Counted from the stretch's first letter, positions 1-16,586 are shown. The stretch: 64,000 bases of DNA from the human T2T-CHM13v2.0 reference genome, Homo sapiens (GCF_009914755.1 NC_060926.1), one strand, 5' to 3'. The notes: a model not told the origin generated them from the sequence alone. Numbers and translations are program-made.

Positions 1-1101
1 TTGCACCTGCTTCTCAGACAGAAGACCCCCGTCTCATGGTTTCTCTTTCTCAGGCCTCCAAACCCCTGGTTACTTCATCTTTGAAATGAGTGTTTCATAT
101 GCAATTAACCTATGTTGAAACTTTACCAACTCTAAAGTGAAATTATACTTCCTTCCTACATCTAACTCTACCTAACCATAGAGTTCCCCTCCCGAGTATT
201 TCTGAAAGTTTCCCAGGGACAGCTTTGCACAGCTCCAGAAAGTATCTCTCACTCTCACTCTACCCTTTTCTTCTTGCTGCCATGATTCTGCCTCTGCAGC
301 TTATGGGACTGGCGACTTAGTGACTCTGCCAGGCCTTGGGAAGGAGACATTGCCCTCCCCAACCCCCCACAGCTCATCTGACCACAGGTTCCACTGAGTT
401 GGGGCATAAAGAAAGCAGCCTTAGAAATTTCCATCTGCCTCCAGAGGAGAAGTGTCTTGTACCCAAAGGCCTCCATTTGGCAGGGGCCACTTTAGCTCCC
501 ACCAACAGCAATATACAGGCCCCCTTTCTCCACAGAGAGAGGAAGAAATCCCTCCCTTTCCAGCCCACAACACTCTTCCTTGCCTGCCTTGGGATGACAG
601 ACCATGAGGACACCCCTTTCTGTTAGGGGCAATCTCCCTCCTCCCTCCACACCTGAAGGAGTGGTCTGACCCTTTCCCCTCTGAGAAAATAAACCACCAT
701 CTTAGTGTCCAGTCTGAGTGTTTTGTTGTCAGAGCCTCAGGCCCGTCTAGGCAGCATTGTTCCCTCCCAGCGCATCGTTACAGCCTTTCCTCCAGCCTGA
801 GGTGAGGAGAGGGTCAGGTCTTCCGACCTCTGGTAACCCCATCTCCCAGGAACAAATGTTGGACAACAAAGCACTCATGTCACCCAGGAGCCAAAGGGCA
901 ACCTCAACCAAGATTTTAAAAAATGGACACCTTAGAACATGTGTCTAATTTGTTTGGGGGCGGTTCTACCCATAAACACAATTAATGTTTCCTAACAGGA
1001 CCCATAATGACTTTGCTCAGAATCACCCCACGTGGGCTTCCTCCAGAACAGCGGAGGCTTCTTGCCTCACAACAGGCGGCCTGCGAATGCTGCCCAACAT
1101 G

Positions 1102-1364
1102 GTTAAAATGTGAGCACGCTGGCGGCTGACTCACAGGAAATGGTTCCCAAGGCTATGCCTGAGATAAGGCTGGCTTCTGGAGGCCTCTTTGCAGAGGAAC
1201 CAATCCCACCCCAACTCCCTGATTGGATAATAAGACTCAGAAGCTCCAGTTCTCCCCTTCCTATGTGGCTTTGCAGGTTCTGTGTCTGACTGGACTGCCA
1301 CTTTTCTCACGTACCTGTGGTCTGTGCTACAGAACATCCTAGCCACACAAGAAAGGTGGGAGCA
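1102..1364 (+). repeat. Left arm of a diverged inverted duplication
   Basis: Aligns by eye to the reverse complement of 1772-2036. ORFs 1131..1346(-) and 1826..2035(+) share peptide strings (RKVAVQSD, GRTGASESYYP, EASRS). Confidence 0.9.
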
Positions 1365-1771
1365 GTGGGTGGCTTGAGGCCAACTGAGGTTTCAATCCAG
1401 TTCCTCTCCCCTGCCACCTGCCTTACCTGGTGCTACCTCTGCAAACACCACCTGCTGGGACAGTGTGGGTGGGAGGGGCTGGTGAGGAGGATTATTTCCT
1501 GTTACTGCCTTGGGGAAGCTGCTGAGGGCATTGCTCACGCCTTTGATCTGGGCATAGAAGGAAGCCACCTGCCCTAGCCAAGGTTTTAGTGCAATGACCA
1601 GATGAGAGGCTTCAGGTTACCTCGGGGCCCTGAGTCTGGAATCCAGAGTCACAGAGAATGAGGGAAAGTTGTGGAATCATTGGTGGAGACAGGATTGGAA
1701 ACCTCTTGCAGCCAGAAAAATCACCATCACAGAGGGAGACTAGAAACCATCTCTGGGCCTGAACCTATCTT

Positions 1772-2036
1772 TGCTCCCGCCTTTCTTGTGCGGTCAGGTG
1801 GTTCTGGGACAGTAACCTCAGGCAGGTGAGAAAAGTGGCAGTGCAGTCAGACAATTCACAGAGGCCAGACGGGACAGGGAGAACTGGAGCTTCTGAGTCT
1901 TATTATCCAACCAGCCAGGCAGTGGGGGTGGGCTTCGCTCTTCTCTGCAGAGAGGCCTCCAGAAGCAACCTTATCTCAGGCACAGCTTATGAAGCTCTTT
2001 CCTGTGAGCCAGCCACCAGTGTGCTCAAATCTTAAC
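1772..2036 (-). repeat. Right arm of the inverted duplication
   Basis: 1877-1910 is the exact reverse complement of 1223-1256 (ttggataataagactcagaagctccagttctccc). Confidence 0.9.
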
Positions 2037-2047
2037 AAACAGCATGA

Positions 2048-2846
<799 letters not shown>

Positions 2847-2859
2847 TAATTCTTAGTCA

Positions 2860-3000
2860 TGTAAATCTAAGCAAGTGACTTAGTGTCTCCGGATCTCAGT
2901 TTTCTCCACTGTGGAATGGAATGGTTATAATCACCCTGCACCCGGCTCTCCTGAGAGGTAGATGAAATCAGATGGGGATGCATGGGAAGTGCTGTGGGGG
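2860..3000 (+). mobile_element. MIR fragment
   Basis: Core motif gcaagtgacttagtgtctcc...ctcagttttctccactgtggaatgg. Confidence 0.6.
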
Positions 3001-5011
3001 CGGCGTACTCCGATGTTATTTGATGCTGTCTAAGGTTAAGCCTTCTTATTTGGGCTACTAGGGCAGAGCCCATCTGGGCCTCCCAAGTCCATTCTCTTTC
3101 AAGAGAAGAGAGCAGCTGCCAGTTGCCCTGGTAACCCAGACCAGCAGCAGGCTTCCTGCAGGGACTTTCCTGCCCTGGCACAGTTGTCAGTTTCCCTTCT
3201 CAACCTTAGCTGAGGCCGAAAGTGTGGTGGAGACACAGGTTTCTCAAGCAGGGCCCTCAGCAGAGCACACCGTGCCCACTGGCATTATTGCCACAACTTC
3301 TCCTTGCTTTGTGGAAGAGAATCTGGTTACACATCTTACTGGTTTTTCTGCTTTCTTTCTGTGACTCATCATGTTTGTGAATATTTCAGGTAAACACTTG
3401 GAGGGGGCAGCCTTCTTGGCTCAGTTTTCTGCTCTCTGTGTTCTCTGTGCCAGGCTGGTGACCCTCCTCTCTGTGTCCAGCCCCCTGTCCCCTGGAAATA
3501 GGTAAGGCATCTGAGATTGCTGGCTGCCTGGTCTGTCTTCAGCCAGGACCTGAGGGGTTTGTCTCTGTAGCAGTGGAGTTCATTCACCGCTATCCTTTGT
3601 GAAGAGTGGAAGCTGCCCATTTCTCCCCTGCCCTTCCTGACAGGAAACTAGCACTGGCTGAAATTTCTCCAGGGCTGACCTGCCTCTCGGTGTCCTGGTC
3701 CCATGTTCAATATAAAAGTCCTATGAATCGCCACAGTCTTCAGGAGTAACACTTCCTATTCCCAGAAAGTCAGGACCAGCCTGGGAGGACTTCGCACCTT
3801 CCTGGGATTTGCTCTTTTGACCATCCCCTATCTGTTTTCCTGTAATTATCTGCTGTGAAACTTACAAAACTAAAATGCCATGAGTGCTTATCTACGGGGC
3901 AACCAAAAAAGAGAAGGCCTTGAACCTGAGTCCCTCTGTACATGTGGGTTTCTATGAGGGGTGGGTAGGCACTGCCTGATGAGGGGGCAAGAAAGCCTAG
4001 AGCTGACAGGGCACCAGGGAGGGGCCGAGGAGCCTGCCTAGCAAGGAGACCTGTGGGCGAGTCCCTGATCTGTGCCAGCCAGGAAGTTGTAGAAGGCAGG
4101 GAGCAGTTGCCATGCTTATGTGATTCTTGTAGGAGTGGTCCCTGAGATTAGTTGGAAAGGCCCTTTATCAAGGATCTGAGCGCTATCCAAACTCTTGGTT
4201 CACAGGAATAATAAGTGTAAAAGCATGTAACATCCCTCGTAGCTGTCCTTTATCGACGTTTCCTCTGTGCCCTGCCTTATCTCATGCTCATGTTAAACCT
4301 GGGAGGTGGTAGTTTTATCATCACCATTTTACAGAAAAGGAAAACCAAAGAGCAACCACGTGGGCTAGGAATGTCGCATCCGAGTGGCTTTTACAGAAGC
4401 GTGCTAGATGCCAGGTGCCCTGCAAGGTGCTTTCCCAAGTACCATCTGGAATCCTCAGAAGAGGTCTGTGGGGTAGGCTCTATTATCCCTGCTTTATAGG
4501 TGAGGCCCATAAGGTCTGCAGAAGGTGATGTGCCCAGGGTGTGAGTGCAAGTCTGTCTGTCAACCCCGCTGCAGCTTTCTGCAGCACAGAAAGCTGGTCC
4601 AGCTCTTCAACTGGTTAGAAGGCTGGTTAGAAATCAGCCACAGGTCCCTGTCACATCCCAGACCATCACAGACCTCCGTGCTGCTGGAGGATGGCAACCT
4701 GCTCTTGACTGGCTCTCCCACCCTCTAATCCCTAAGCAGGCCTGAGAGAGAGGAAGGAAAAGGGAACACCTGGCCCAACAAGGGGCTTGGACCCGGGTCA
4801 CCTGTACCTACCATGTTTACTTGCACAGTCTCCTCACCTTCTGTACTTATTCTGAGGGTGCATGAGCTTGGCCATTATAAACCAAGGAGACAAACTTATT
4901 TATTAGCTGCTGTGAGTCCTACTCTGTGCCTTTCCTGCTCACAAAATCTCTGTGAGGCAGAGAGCAATCCCCATTCCACAGAAGCAGGAATTGAGATAGA
5001 GGGGTCACGAA

Positions 5012-5230
5012 TGAACCTCCCGGGTTCAAGCAATTCTCCTGCCTTGGCCTCCCGAGCAGCTGAGATTACAGGCATGCACCACCATGCCTGGCTAATTTTT
5101 TGTATTTTTAGTGGAGATGGGGTTTCACCATGTTGGCCAGGCTGGTCTCGAACTCCTGATCTCAAGTGATCTGCCCAACTTGGCCTCCCCAAAGTGCTGG
5201 GATTACAGGCGTGAGCCACTGCACCCAGCC
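5012..5230 (-). mobile_element. Alu lacking its 3' end and tail
   Basis: Antisense Alu starts abruptly at aacctcccgggttcaag, with no poly-T. Confidence 0.9.
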
Positions 5231-5359
5231 GAGGTTCATTCTTACACTTAATAAAAATACACATATCAGACAGTCTGCTTGATGATTTATATTTTTTGTA
5301 GCTAAGGTCTTGTCAGATCTGAGTAGAGCATCATGTTTTTCAATAATCACAAGAGCTAG

Positions 5360-5580
5360 CTTTTATTAAGGGCTTACTGTGTCCAGTGCTGTTCTAAGCA
5401 TGTCACATACTGTATTAATTCACTTAATCCTCACAACTGCCCTCTGAGGTGGCAACTATTATTATCCCCATTTTGCAGATGAGGAAACAGAGGCCCAGGG
5501 AGGTCAGATAACATGCCCATATAGCTAGAGAGTGGCAGAGCTGGGGGGAACCCTGTCGGTCTGGCTCCAGAGCCCATTGT
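5360..5580 (-). mobile_element. MIR
   Basis: attatccccattttgcagatgaggaaacagaggcccagggagg matches the MIR core. Confidence 0.85.
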
Positions 5581-5989
5581 ATAGCAGCCACCTCTGCCCA
5601 CCCTGGCCTGGCTAGGCCTCAATGCCAGAAACACACCATTCTCTATCTCCTGGAGGGTAACAGAGCTGCCATTATCCCAGGAGGCAAGGCTGTCCCAAGA
5701 GCATAGACCAGTAGTAGGGTTGGTTGCCAGCTTCTAGGTGTCGCCTCAAGGCTCCTTGCTGCTTCTATTATTATTCTAATAGTTCTGAGCTAGGCATGAG
5801 GTAATCTGAGCTTTTAGACCTTGGCTATTTCACTGAGGTTTGCTGTGAGGCTTCAGTTTTGTCATCTAAAACAGCACTGTCCTTCTAGAGTTGCTGTGAG
5901 GACAGGAGAGGAGTCTGCCAAGCACTTAGCAGGGGCCTGGAGGGCAGAAAGCATTCAGTGATGGGGAGGAGAGGAAAGCTCACAGAGCC

Positions 5990-6340
5990 TCGGTCCACGT
6001 GGCTCAGCTCTGTGCTGGAGCTGCGATGCGGTCAAAAGACCATGAAACAAAACGTGATTTCAAAATAACTCAAGTCTTTCACGTGTGTTTCTCACACCGA
6101 TAAGTGAACGTAGTCCTTCGTTAGACTGCACTCGATTCTCACGGTGGCCATGTGAGAGGCACAGTTCTTCTTGCACGTCCCCCTCCGTCTTCTCCCACAC
6201 ATGGCTCTCACTTGCTGCAGGGGCTCCCGGTCTGGCTCTCAGTTTCCGTTTCCTCTGATTTTTATCTCACAAATGGCTGGCAGGGCGGGGCTCCTTCCTT
6301 GGAGGGTGGGCTCCAGGAGGAACTGAGGAGAGTGTAACCA
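5990..6340. promoter_or_regulatory. Candidate enhancer/promoter (ISRE, GATA, ETS, E-box, GC box)
   Basis: agtttccgtttcc at 6241-6253 fits the ISRE AGTTTCNNTTTCY. Also gataag ~6099, ttatct ~6262, gggcgggg ~6283, gaggaact ~6318 and two cacgtg, with local CpG retention. Motif evidence only. Confidence 0.4.
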
Positions 6341-6441
6341 GGACCCTCATTAGGGGCCATGGGGGTGGGAAAGGTTGGGAACTCGCCAGTCATTTTTATC
6401 CCATCACATGAATTATTATTTTTGGCAGAGGAGAAGGTGTC

Positions 6442-7302
6442 TGTGTTAGTACCACAAACTGTGGCTTAAAATGACAGAAATCTATTCTCTTACAATTCTG
6501 GAGGTTAGAAGTCAGAAATCAAGGTGGTGGCAGGGCCATGCTCTCTCTAGAGTCTCTAGGAGAGGGGCCTTCTGAAAAAAGAAAAACTTCAGCTGAATTA
6601 CATTTAAGAGTTTAATTGAGTTTAATTAAATGAACAATTTGTGAATCGGACAGCCCCCAAATCAAGCGTATTCACAGAGACTCCGGCGCAGCTACATGGT
6701 GGAAGAAGATTTATAGACAAAGGGAAATGATGTACAGAAATTGGAAGTGAGGTACAGAATGACCGGATTGGTTACAGCTCAGTGTTTGCCTTATTTGAAC
6801 GTAGTTTGAACACTCAGCAGAGTATGAATGGTTGAAGTATAGCCTCTGGGATTGGCCAAGACTTAGTTATTGTTACAGGCGCATACTCCTAAATTAGGTT
6901 TTCAATTTTGTCTGACTATTAAGCTAGGTTACAGTTCATCCACAAGGACTCAAATATAGAAGTACAGAGTCCTTCTCAGGACATATATAGTTTGCTTTAA
7001 CACTTCCTTGCCTCTTCTAGCTTCTTATCGTTCCTGGCATTCCTTGGCGTTTCTTGCCTTGTAGACCCATCATATTCATTTCTACCTCCATCTTTATGAG
7101 GTCTTTTCCCTGTGTATTTGTGTCCAAACTTTCCTCTTCTTATAGGGACACCAGTCATTGGATTAGGGACCACTCTAGTTGAGTATGACTTTATCCTAAC
7201 TTGATTGCATCTGCAAAGACTATTCCCAAATAAGGCCACATTCACAGGTTTGGGGGCCAGCATATATCCTTTGGGGGAACATAATTCAACCCAGCCTGTA
7301 AC
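6442..7302 (-). mobile_element. MaLR LTR (MLT1B/C-like) split by a younger LTR
   Basis: ggcttaaaatgacagaaatctattctcttacaattctggagg...cttataggga caccagtcattggattaggg are typical MLT1 motifs. Confidence 0.8.
6573..7002 (-). mobile_element. ERV1 solo LTR (MER57-like)
   Basis: TG...CA ends and 4-bp TSD cttc/cttc. The reverse complement begins tgttaaagcaaacta. Confidence 0.8.
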
Positions 7303-7602
7303 AATGTCATATCATTCAGATTGATTCTGAGCTAGCCCATTCCCAGTCTAACATCTCCAAACCTGGTTCCCCTAGACCCTTGAGCTTGTCTGCGACTCTT
7401 GTCCAAATGAAGCTGTGAGGCGAGCTGCCCTGCTGACCAATGGCAGGGCCTCCCTTCTGGCTCCAGGCTCTGCACTGAAGTGCAATGGGCCAACCAGGTA
7501 CTTGCCCAATGCCATGGGTGAAGCCAAGGAGGGCATAGCCAGTAGGAAATATATTCTACAGAAGTGATCACTTTTCAGTTTAAAAAAAAAAAAAAAAAAA
7601 AA

Positions 7603-7919
<317 letters not shown>

Positions 7920-7989
7920 TTAAAGGTATATGTCAACATAATGTTTTATTAAGATTATGAGTGAAATTTTTTCTTCTATGAAGAATCAA

Positions 7990-8870
<881 letters not shown>

Positions 8871-8871
8871 A

Positions 8872-9168
8872 TTTATTTATTTTTTGAGACAGGGTCTAAC
8901 TCTGTCACCCAGGCTGGAGTGAAGTGGTACAACCTCGGCTCACTGCAACCTCCACTTCCCAGGCTCAAGTGATCCTCCCGCCTCAGCCTTCTGAGCAGCT
9001 GGGACAGCAGGCACATGCCACCATGCCCAGCTAATTTTTGTATTTTTTTGTAAAGATGGGTTCTTGCCATGTTGCCCAGGCTAGTCTCTAACTCCTGGGC
9101 TCAAGCGATCCTCCCACCTTGGCCCCCAAAAGTGCTGGGATTATAGGTGTGAGCCTCTGTGGCTGGCC
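8872..9168 (-). mobile_element. AluJ-like
   Basis: Antisense Alu dimer. Confidence 0.9.
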
Positions 9169-9369
9169 CTCTAACAAGTTTAAAAACAACTAAAACTAAA
9201 CATTTATTAAGCATTACGTTAATCAAATATAATTTAACATTAATTAAACATTAATTAAGGATAACACTAATTTAACTATTTTTTAAAGGAAGAAAATTAT
9301 TAGGACAAAATGGAAGTAAAGGGGTAAAGGGAAGCACACAGGTAAATGTAAGTTATTGTTGATATTTTA

Positions 9370-9672
9370 GGCCAGGTGCAGTGGCTCATGCCTGTAATCC
9401 CAGCATTTGGGAGGCCAAGGCTGGTAGATCACTTGAGCCCAGGAGTTTGAGACCAGCCTGGGCAACACAGGGAGACCTCGTCTCTACAAAAATAATAAAA
9501 ATTTAAAAAATTAGTTGAGCTTGGTGCACCTGTTACAGGTGCACCTATAGTCCCAGCTATAGCTACTTGAGGTGGGAGGATCACCTGAACCTGAAGAGGT
9601 CAAGGTTGCAGTGAGCCGTGATTGTGCCACTCCCCTTGGTACCAGTGAAACCCTGTCTCAAAAAAAAAAAAA
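9370..9672 (+). mobile_element. AluJ-like with an internal palindrome
   Basis: Alu dimer with poly-A tail. Confidence 0.9.
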
Positions 9673-11328
9673 ATTAGATCTTGGGTTGACAGATGTGTTC
9701 ACAGGTGTTCAGATACATATAATTTTGAAATAAATTAATAAAATAAAAGAAAGCCATGCTAGGAAAAAAGGAAATATCAATGGTCAAGTTGCTAGGCTGT
9801 ATGCCATGAAGAGCAGTTAGTCAAAGAGAATCACCTTTTCAGATGTGCCCTATCGCCCACCAGCCAGTAGTGGACAGCTCCCTGTCATGGGATAACCTGG
9901 CTGTGCTTCTCCTGGAACTTGGGCCTTACCATCTGGGAGTCCCCATTTAGTTGAGAAGCTGCAGAGGGAGTTTATTTCTGTGGCCTTGTAATGGGGCACA
10001 CCTTCTGTTTGGGGGGGAAGTTCCCTCCTGTTCCAGGGAGATCATGAAGCAGCAGCTGCGTTGGCTAGGGCAGAGAAGATGTCCTAGTGATGGCTATTAA
10101 GGGGTCCCTCCCTTGCAGAAAAGGATTAGTGTCCAGCTAGCAGAGAAACACTTGCCAGGTACTTAATAGGTTCTATTTGATGGTAGTAGAAGCTCTCCCC
10201 AACACACATGCCCACTCAGCCAGGGAGAAGGTAGCAGGAAGGAAGGAGGCCCCCTGAGTATTGTGACCACAGAGATAGCCTGCCCCTGCAACCACACCCA
10301 CACACTGAGGTTTCACCAGGGTGTAGGGGAGTGGTGGTTAAAAGACAAGAGAAGAGTCAGATACTATTATCTCCAAGTTTTGCTCCAAAATATGAGCTCT
10401 GAAAGTGAACGTGAGGACCCATTTCCATCTGTCCCCTACCCCATTCTACTCCCAGGTATAAGTTGCTTACCAAGATGAATAATGAGGGTTCTTTACAGCT
10501 TGTAAAATACTTTTTTAAAACATCATCACATTTGGTCCTCCTTAAAAAAAACCCAGTGGGGGTGGTTATCGTGCTTACCTTTATTTTTTAGATGAAAAAA
10601 AAAACTGAGGCTTGGAGAGGATCAGCGACTTGTCTAAGGTGATAGACTTGGAGGCAGAGATGAGAGGAAGGCTTCTGACTCCCTCTTATGCCATGTTCCC
10701 AGAGGGAGTGCCCAAAAACATGCTGTCTCAGCAGGAAGCAGCCACTACCCAAAAGCAGAATGGGAGGAAAGGAACAGGGGCCACATTTGGTCCTTACTAG
10801 CCAGTGCAGAAATGATGGTACTGGAAGGAGATATTTAGAGAGTGGCCCTCCTGTCACCTGATCCAAAGGCCAGGAATTGAAGGAGCTATGTCCTAGAGCA
10901 GCAGAGTTCTGTTAATTTGTTGTCTGTGCCTTCTGTATAATATCACTTTGTGCCCCTGGATATGCTGTTTTCTCCAGTGAGTCTAGGGAAGGAACTCCGA
11001 GGGATCATTTCACTGTCACTAAAAAACAAAACAAAACAAAACAAAAAAAAGTTTAAAAGGGATGCTTCAAAGTTTGATGCTCTAGTTGTTTTTAATCAAG
11101 CAGGGATTGCTCACTGTAAAAGTAATTTGGGATAATATAATCAAATAAAAAGTAGAAAAAAGAGTCACACCACCCGGGGATAATCACTTGTCCATCACCA
11201 ACTTATCCCTGGCAGGGAATCTGCAGACAACATAGCACTGTTACCTCCCTTTGAGGCCTCAAATAATTTCTAACAGAAAGAGGCTGTTTTTGCTTAGGAT
11301 GCAGATGAATAAAGAACAGAACTCCTCA

Positions 11329-11687
<359 letters not shown>

Positions 11688-11809
11688 TCATACCTTTTCT
11701 TGAACTCGTCAGAGAGCTGAGGTCGCAAGGCAATGAAATGAACTGAATTCCAAAGAGTAACTATCCCCTGTGAGAAGAAATAGGGAACAGGGGCTATTTT
11801 ACCTTTGCC

Positions 11810-12330
<521 letters not shown>

Positions 12331-13140
12331 GCGTATCAGTTTAGAATGACTGGGAGCCCCAGAGAGAAGGGGAGTTTGTCACTACAAGCCCTTTTCCATG
12401 GGCCTCCACTAGGTGCTCATGAGAAAAAATGGGGATAGGGCAAGAGCCCCATGCTTGATGGTGCAGGCATTCAAGATGATGCAGGCAACCCTACGCCAGG
12501 GTGTAGCCAAGAAGTGGGTGGGGACTCACTTCCAAAGACTCCTCTTTCATCAAGTAAAAGCATCAAGCAGCTAGAAGAATGGCAGCAAACAGTTTCCACC
12601 CCAGAGCCACAGGTGTAGAAGCAGAGTCTGGCTGCCTTTGGGAAACAGTAGGAAACTCTCATTCTACACTGGCAAGGGCAAAGATCCACTGCTTCTGGGA
12701 TAAGAGTCAAAGCAAAAGCTGACTTCTCCTGGGAAAACAGGGGTAGGAAAACCTTCTGGGCCTAGGATTCTGCACCAATATACAGTGGAGACGTGTGAGT
12801 CTGGAGGAGGGACTCTTGCTATGTTGCTCAGGCTGGTCTTGAACTCCTGGCCTCAAGCAATCCTCACACCTCAGCCTCCCAAAGTGCTGGAATTATAGGC
12901 ATAAACCACTATGACTGGCCGGAGGGGCTCTTTTACACCCAAGACCCAGCACAGATTCCAGGACAGAGTTTGGTTGCCATGGGGATGGGAAAGGAGCAGA
13001 AACTCTGAGAAGGCCTCAACCACAGGGCTCAGGCTCACAGCCTCTGCCTAAGACTGAGGCTGGACCAGGAGAAGCAAGAATGCCCTTAGACCCTACCATG
13101 AGCCTAACATCAAGTAACAAAATAACAGCAATCTATATTA

Positions 13141-14010
<870 letters not shown>

Positions 14011-14130
14011 ACCTCCTGAGCATTTAAGAAGCCTTAAATATAGCATCAAAACATTTTTCCTGGAACTAAAAACGTGATTTTCTGATTAAAAACTCAGTAG
14101 ATGTATTCAAAGAGCTCATGGGCAAAGTGG

Positions 14131-14877
14131 TGATAAAAGAAAAACTTCAGCCAAATTAAATTTAAAGGAGTTTAATTGAGCAGGGAACAATTTGTAATTC
14201 AGGCAGCCCCCAGAATCACAGCAGATTCACAGAGACTCTCGGGGTGCCTCGTGGTCAGGACAAATTTTTAGACAAAAAAAGGTAAAGTGAAGCGGCCCGG
14301 CACGGTGGCTCACGCCTGTAATCCCAGCACTTTGGGAGGCCGAGGTGGCCGGATCATGAGGTCAGGAGCTCGAGACCATCCTGGCTAACAAGGTGAAACC
14401 CCGTGTCTACTAAAAATACAAAAAATTAGCTGGGCGTGGTGGCGGGCGCCTGTAGTCCCAGCTACTCGGGAGGCTGAGGCAGGAGAATGGCTGAACCCGG
14501 GAGGCGGAGCTTGCAGTGAGCCGAGATTGTGCCACTGCACTCCAGCCTGGGCGACAGAGCAAGACTCTGTTTCAAAAAAAAAAAAAAAAAAAAAGGTAAA
14601 GTGACGTACAGGAATCAGAAGTGAGGTACAGAAACAGTGAGATTGGTTACAGCTCTGCGTTTGCCTTATTTGTGCGTAGTTTGAACATTCAGCAGTCTAT
14701 GAGTGGTTGAAGTATGACCACTGGGATTGTCCAACACTCAGTTATTGTTACAGGTACATACTATTAAGTTAGGTTTTCAATTTTGTCTGACTATTAAGCT
14801 AGGTTACAGTTCATCCACAAGGACTCAAATATAGGAGTACAGAGTCCTTCTCAGGCCATATTTAGTTTGCTTTAACA
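14131..14877 (-). mobile_element. ERV1 solo LTR (MER57-like), second copy, split by AluY
   Basis: Highly similar to 6573-7002. TG...CA ends, TSD gtgg/gtag. Confidence 0.85.
14294..14594 (+). mobile_element. AluY-like
   Basis: TSD aaaaaaaggtaaagtga. Confidence 0.95.
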
Positions 14878-15339
14878 GTAGAAATATTAATCAGTAGCCT
14901 GGAAGATCAAATGGAAGAAAATCTCAAATCATAGCACAGAACTTCAAAAAGATGAGGGAATATAATCACTATATTATTATCAAAACTTACATACATTAAT
15001 ATACTTAATTTATACTAACACCTATGAGTTAGCTATTATTACTCACCAACCCATGTCACAGCTGAGGAAACTGAGGCTCAGAGGGGTAAGGAACAATCCC
15101 AGGGTTGCACAGCTGGTGTTCAGACCCAGGTAGTTGCGCTTCTGTGACTGTGCTGTGAAGTGCTGGTTTGTTGTTGTTGTTGTTGTTGTTTTAAATTTAA
15201 CTTAATTTTATTTTAAGTTCCAGGATACATGTGAAGGACGTGTAGGTTTGTTACATAGGTAAACATGTGCCGTGGTGGTTTGCTGTGCTGTTGTTAATCA
15301 CATGTTTTTGCTTCTTAATGCCCATGCAATTTTGCCATG

Positions 15340-15850
15340 ATAAAAGGCTTAGAGGATTGATCCAGGAGACCTAATTTAAGAAACAGAAATTCAAGAAGGA
15401 GAAAAGGAATTGTTGGAGGAAGTACAGGGATTAAATAAATGATGAAGTTGAGGTGGGAGGAACACTTGAGTCGGAGGTCAAGGCTGCAGTGAGCTGTGAT
15501 CATGCCACTGCACTCCAGCTTGGGCAACAGAGTGAGACTCTGTCAAAACAAAGAAAGAGAGAGAGAGAAAGAGAAAGAGAAAATGCTTCTGTGATTAAAA
15601 AAGACTTGTTATTTAAAAGGGCTCATTGAATTCCAGCCTGGATTGAGAAAAAAAGGCACACATCTAGAAATATCCTGTAAAAAGCCCTCAACTTCCAGGA
15701 TAAAGAGAAATTTCTGTAAGTTTCCAGGCAAAAAGAACAAATGACTTATAAAGGAGTATCAGACCTTCCTCAGGCTTTTCATCTACAACAATGGAAGCTA
15801 GAAGATTGCAGAATAAAATCTAATGACAATGAGAGTAAAAAGACCTTGAA
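15340..15850 (+). mobile_element. Degenerate L1/HAL1 ORF1-type fragment containing an Alu monomer
   Basis: ggataaagagaaatttctgtaagtttccagg...acaatggaagctagaaga resembles the 3' half of old L1 ORF1. Confidence 0.55.
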
Positions 15851-15995
15851 AAATTAGCCAGGCATGGTGGCTGGCGCCTGTAGTCCCAGGTACTCGGGAG
15901 GCTGAGGCAGGAGGATCGCTTGAACCCGGCAGGTGGAGGTTGCAGTGAGATCACGCCACTGCGCTCCAGCCTGGTAACAGAGCAAGACTCCGTCT

Positions 15996-16033
<38 letters not shown>
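15849..16033 (+). mobile_element. 5'-truncated Alu
   Basis: TSD aaaaagaccttg and a long A tail. Confidence 0.9.
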
Positions 16034-16035
<2 letters not shown>

Positions 16036-16238
16036 CCTTGGCCTAAGGATCTGACACCCAGGCTGACTGACAGGCCTCACTTATCAGGGTGAGAGAATGT
16101 TTTCTGTGGATATGATATGGGTCAGAGAGTACTGCACCCACACACTCTACTTGGGGAATTTATTCAAGAAAAGCCTCCATCCAAGCAACATGTGAATCAA
16201 TCCCAAAGGTGGTATGTGCTTAAAAAATAATAAATAAA

Positions 16239-16586
<348 letters not shown>

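Noticed and set aside
1131-2035. Two ORFs with similar peptides, read as a paralogous gene pair
   Set aside because: The similarity follows from the DNA inverted repeat. The frames are short, indels shift the alignment, and there is no splice or start-context support.
3705-3770. TATA box (tataaaag) plus GAS-like ttcccagaa as a promoter
   Set aside because: These short motifs are expected by chance, and no downstream exon or CpG island is visible.
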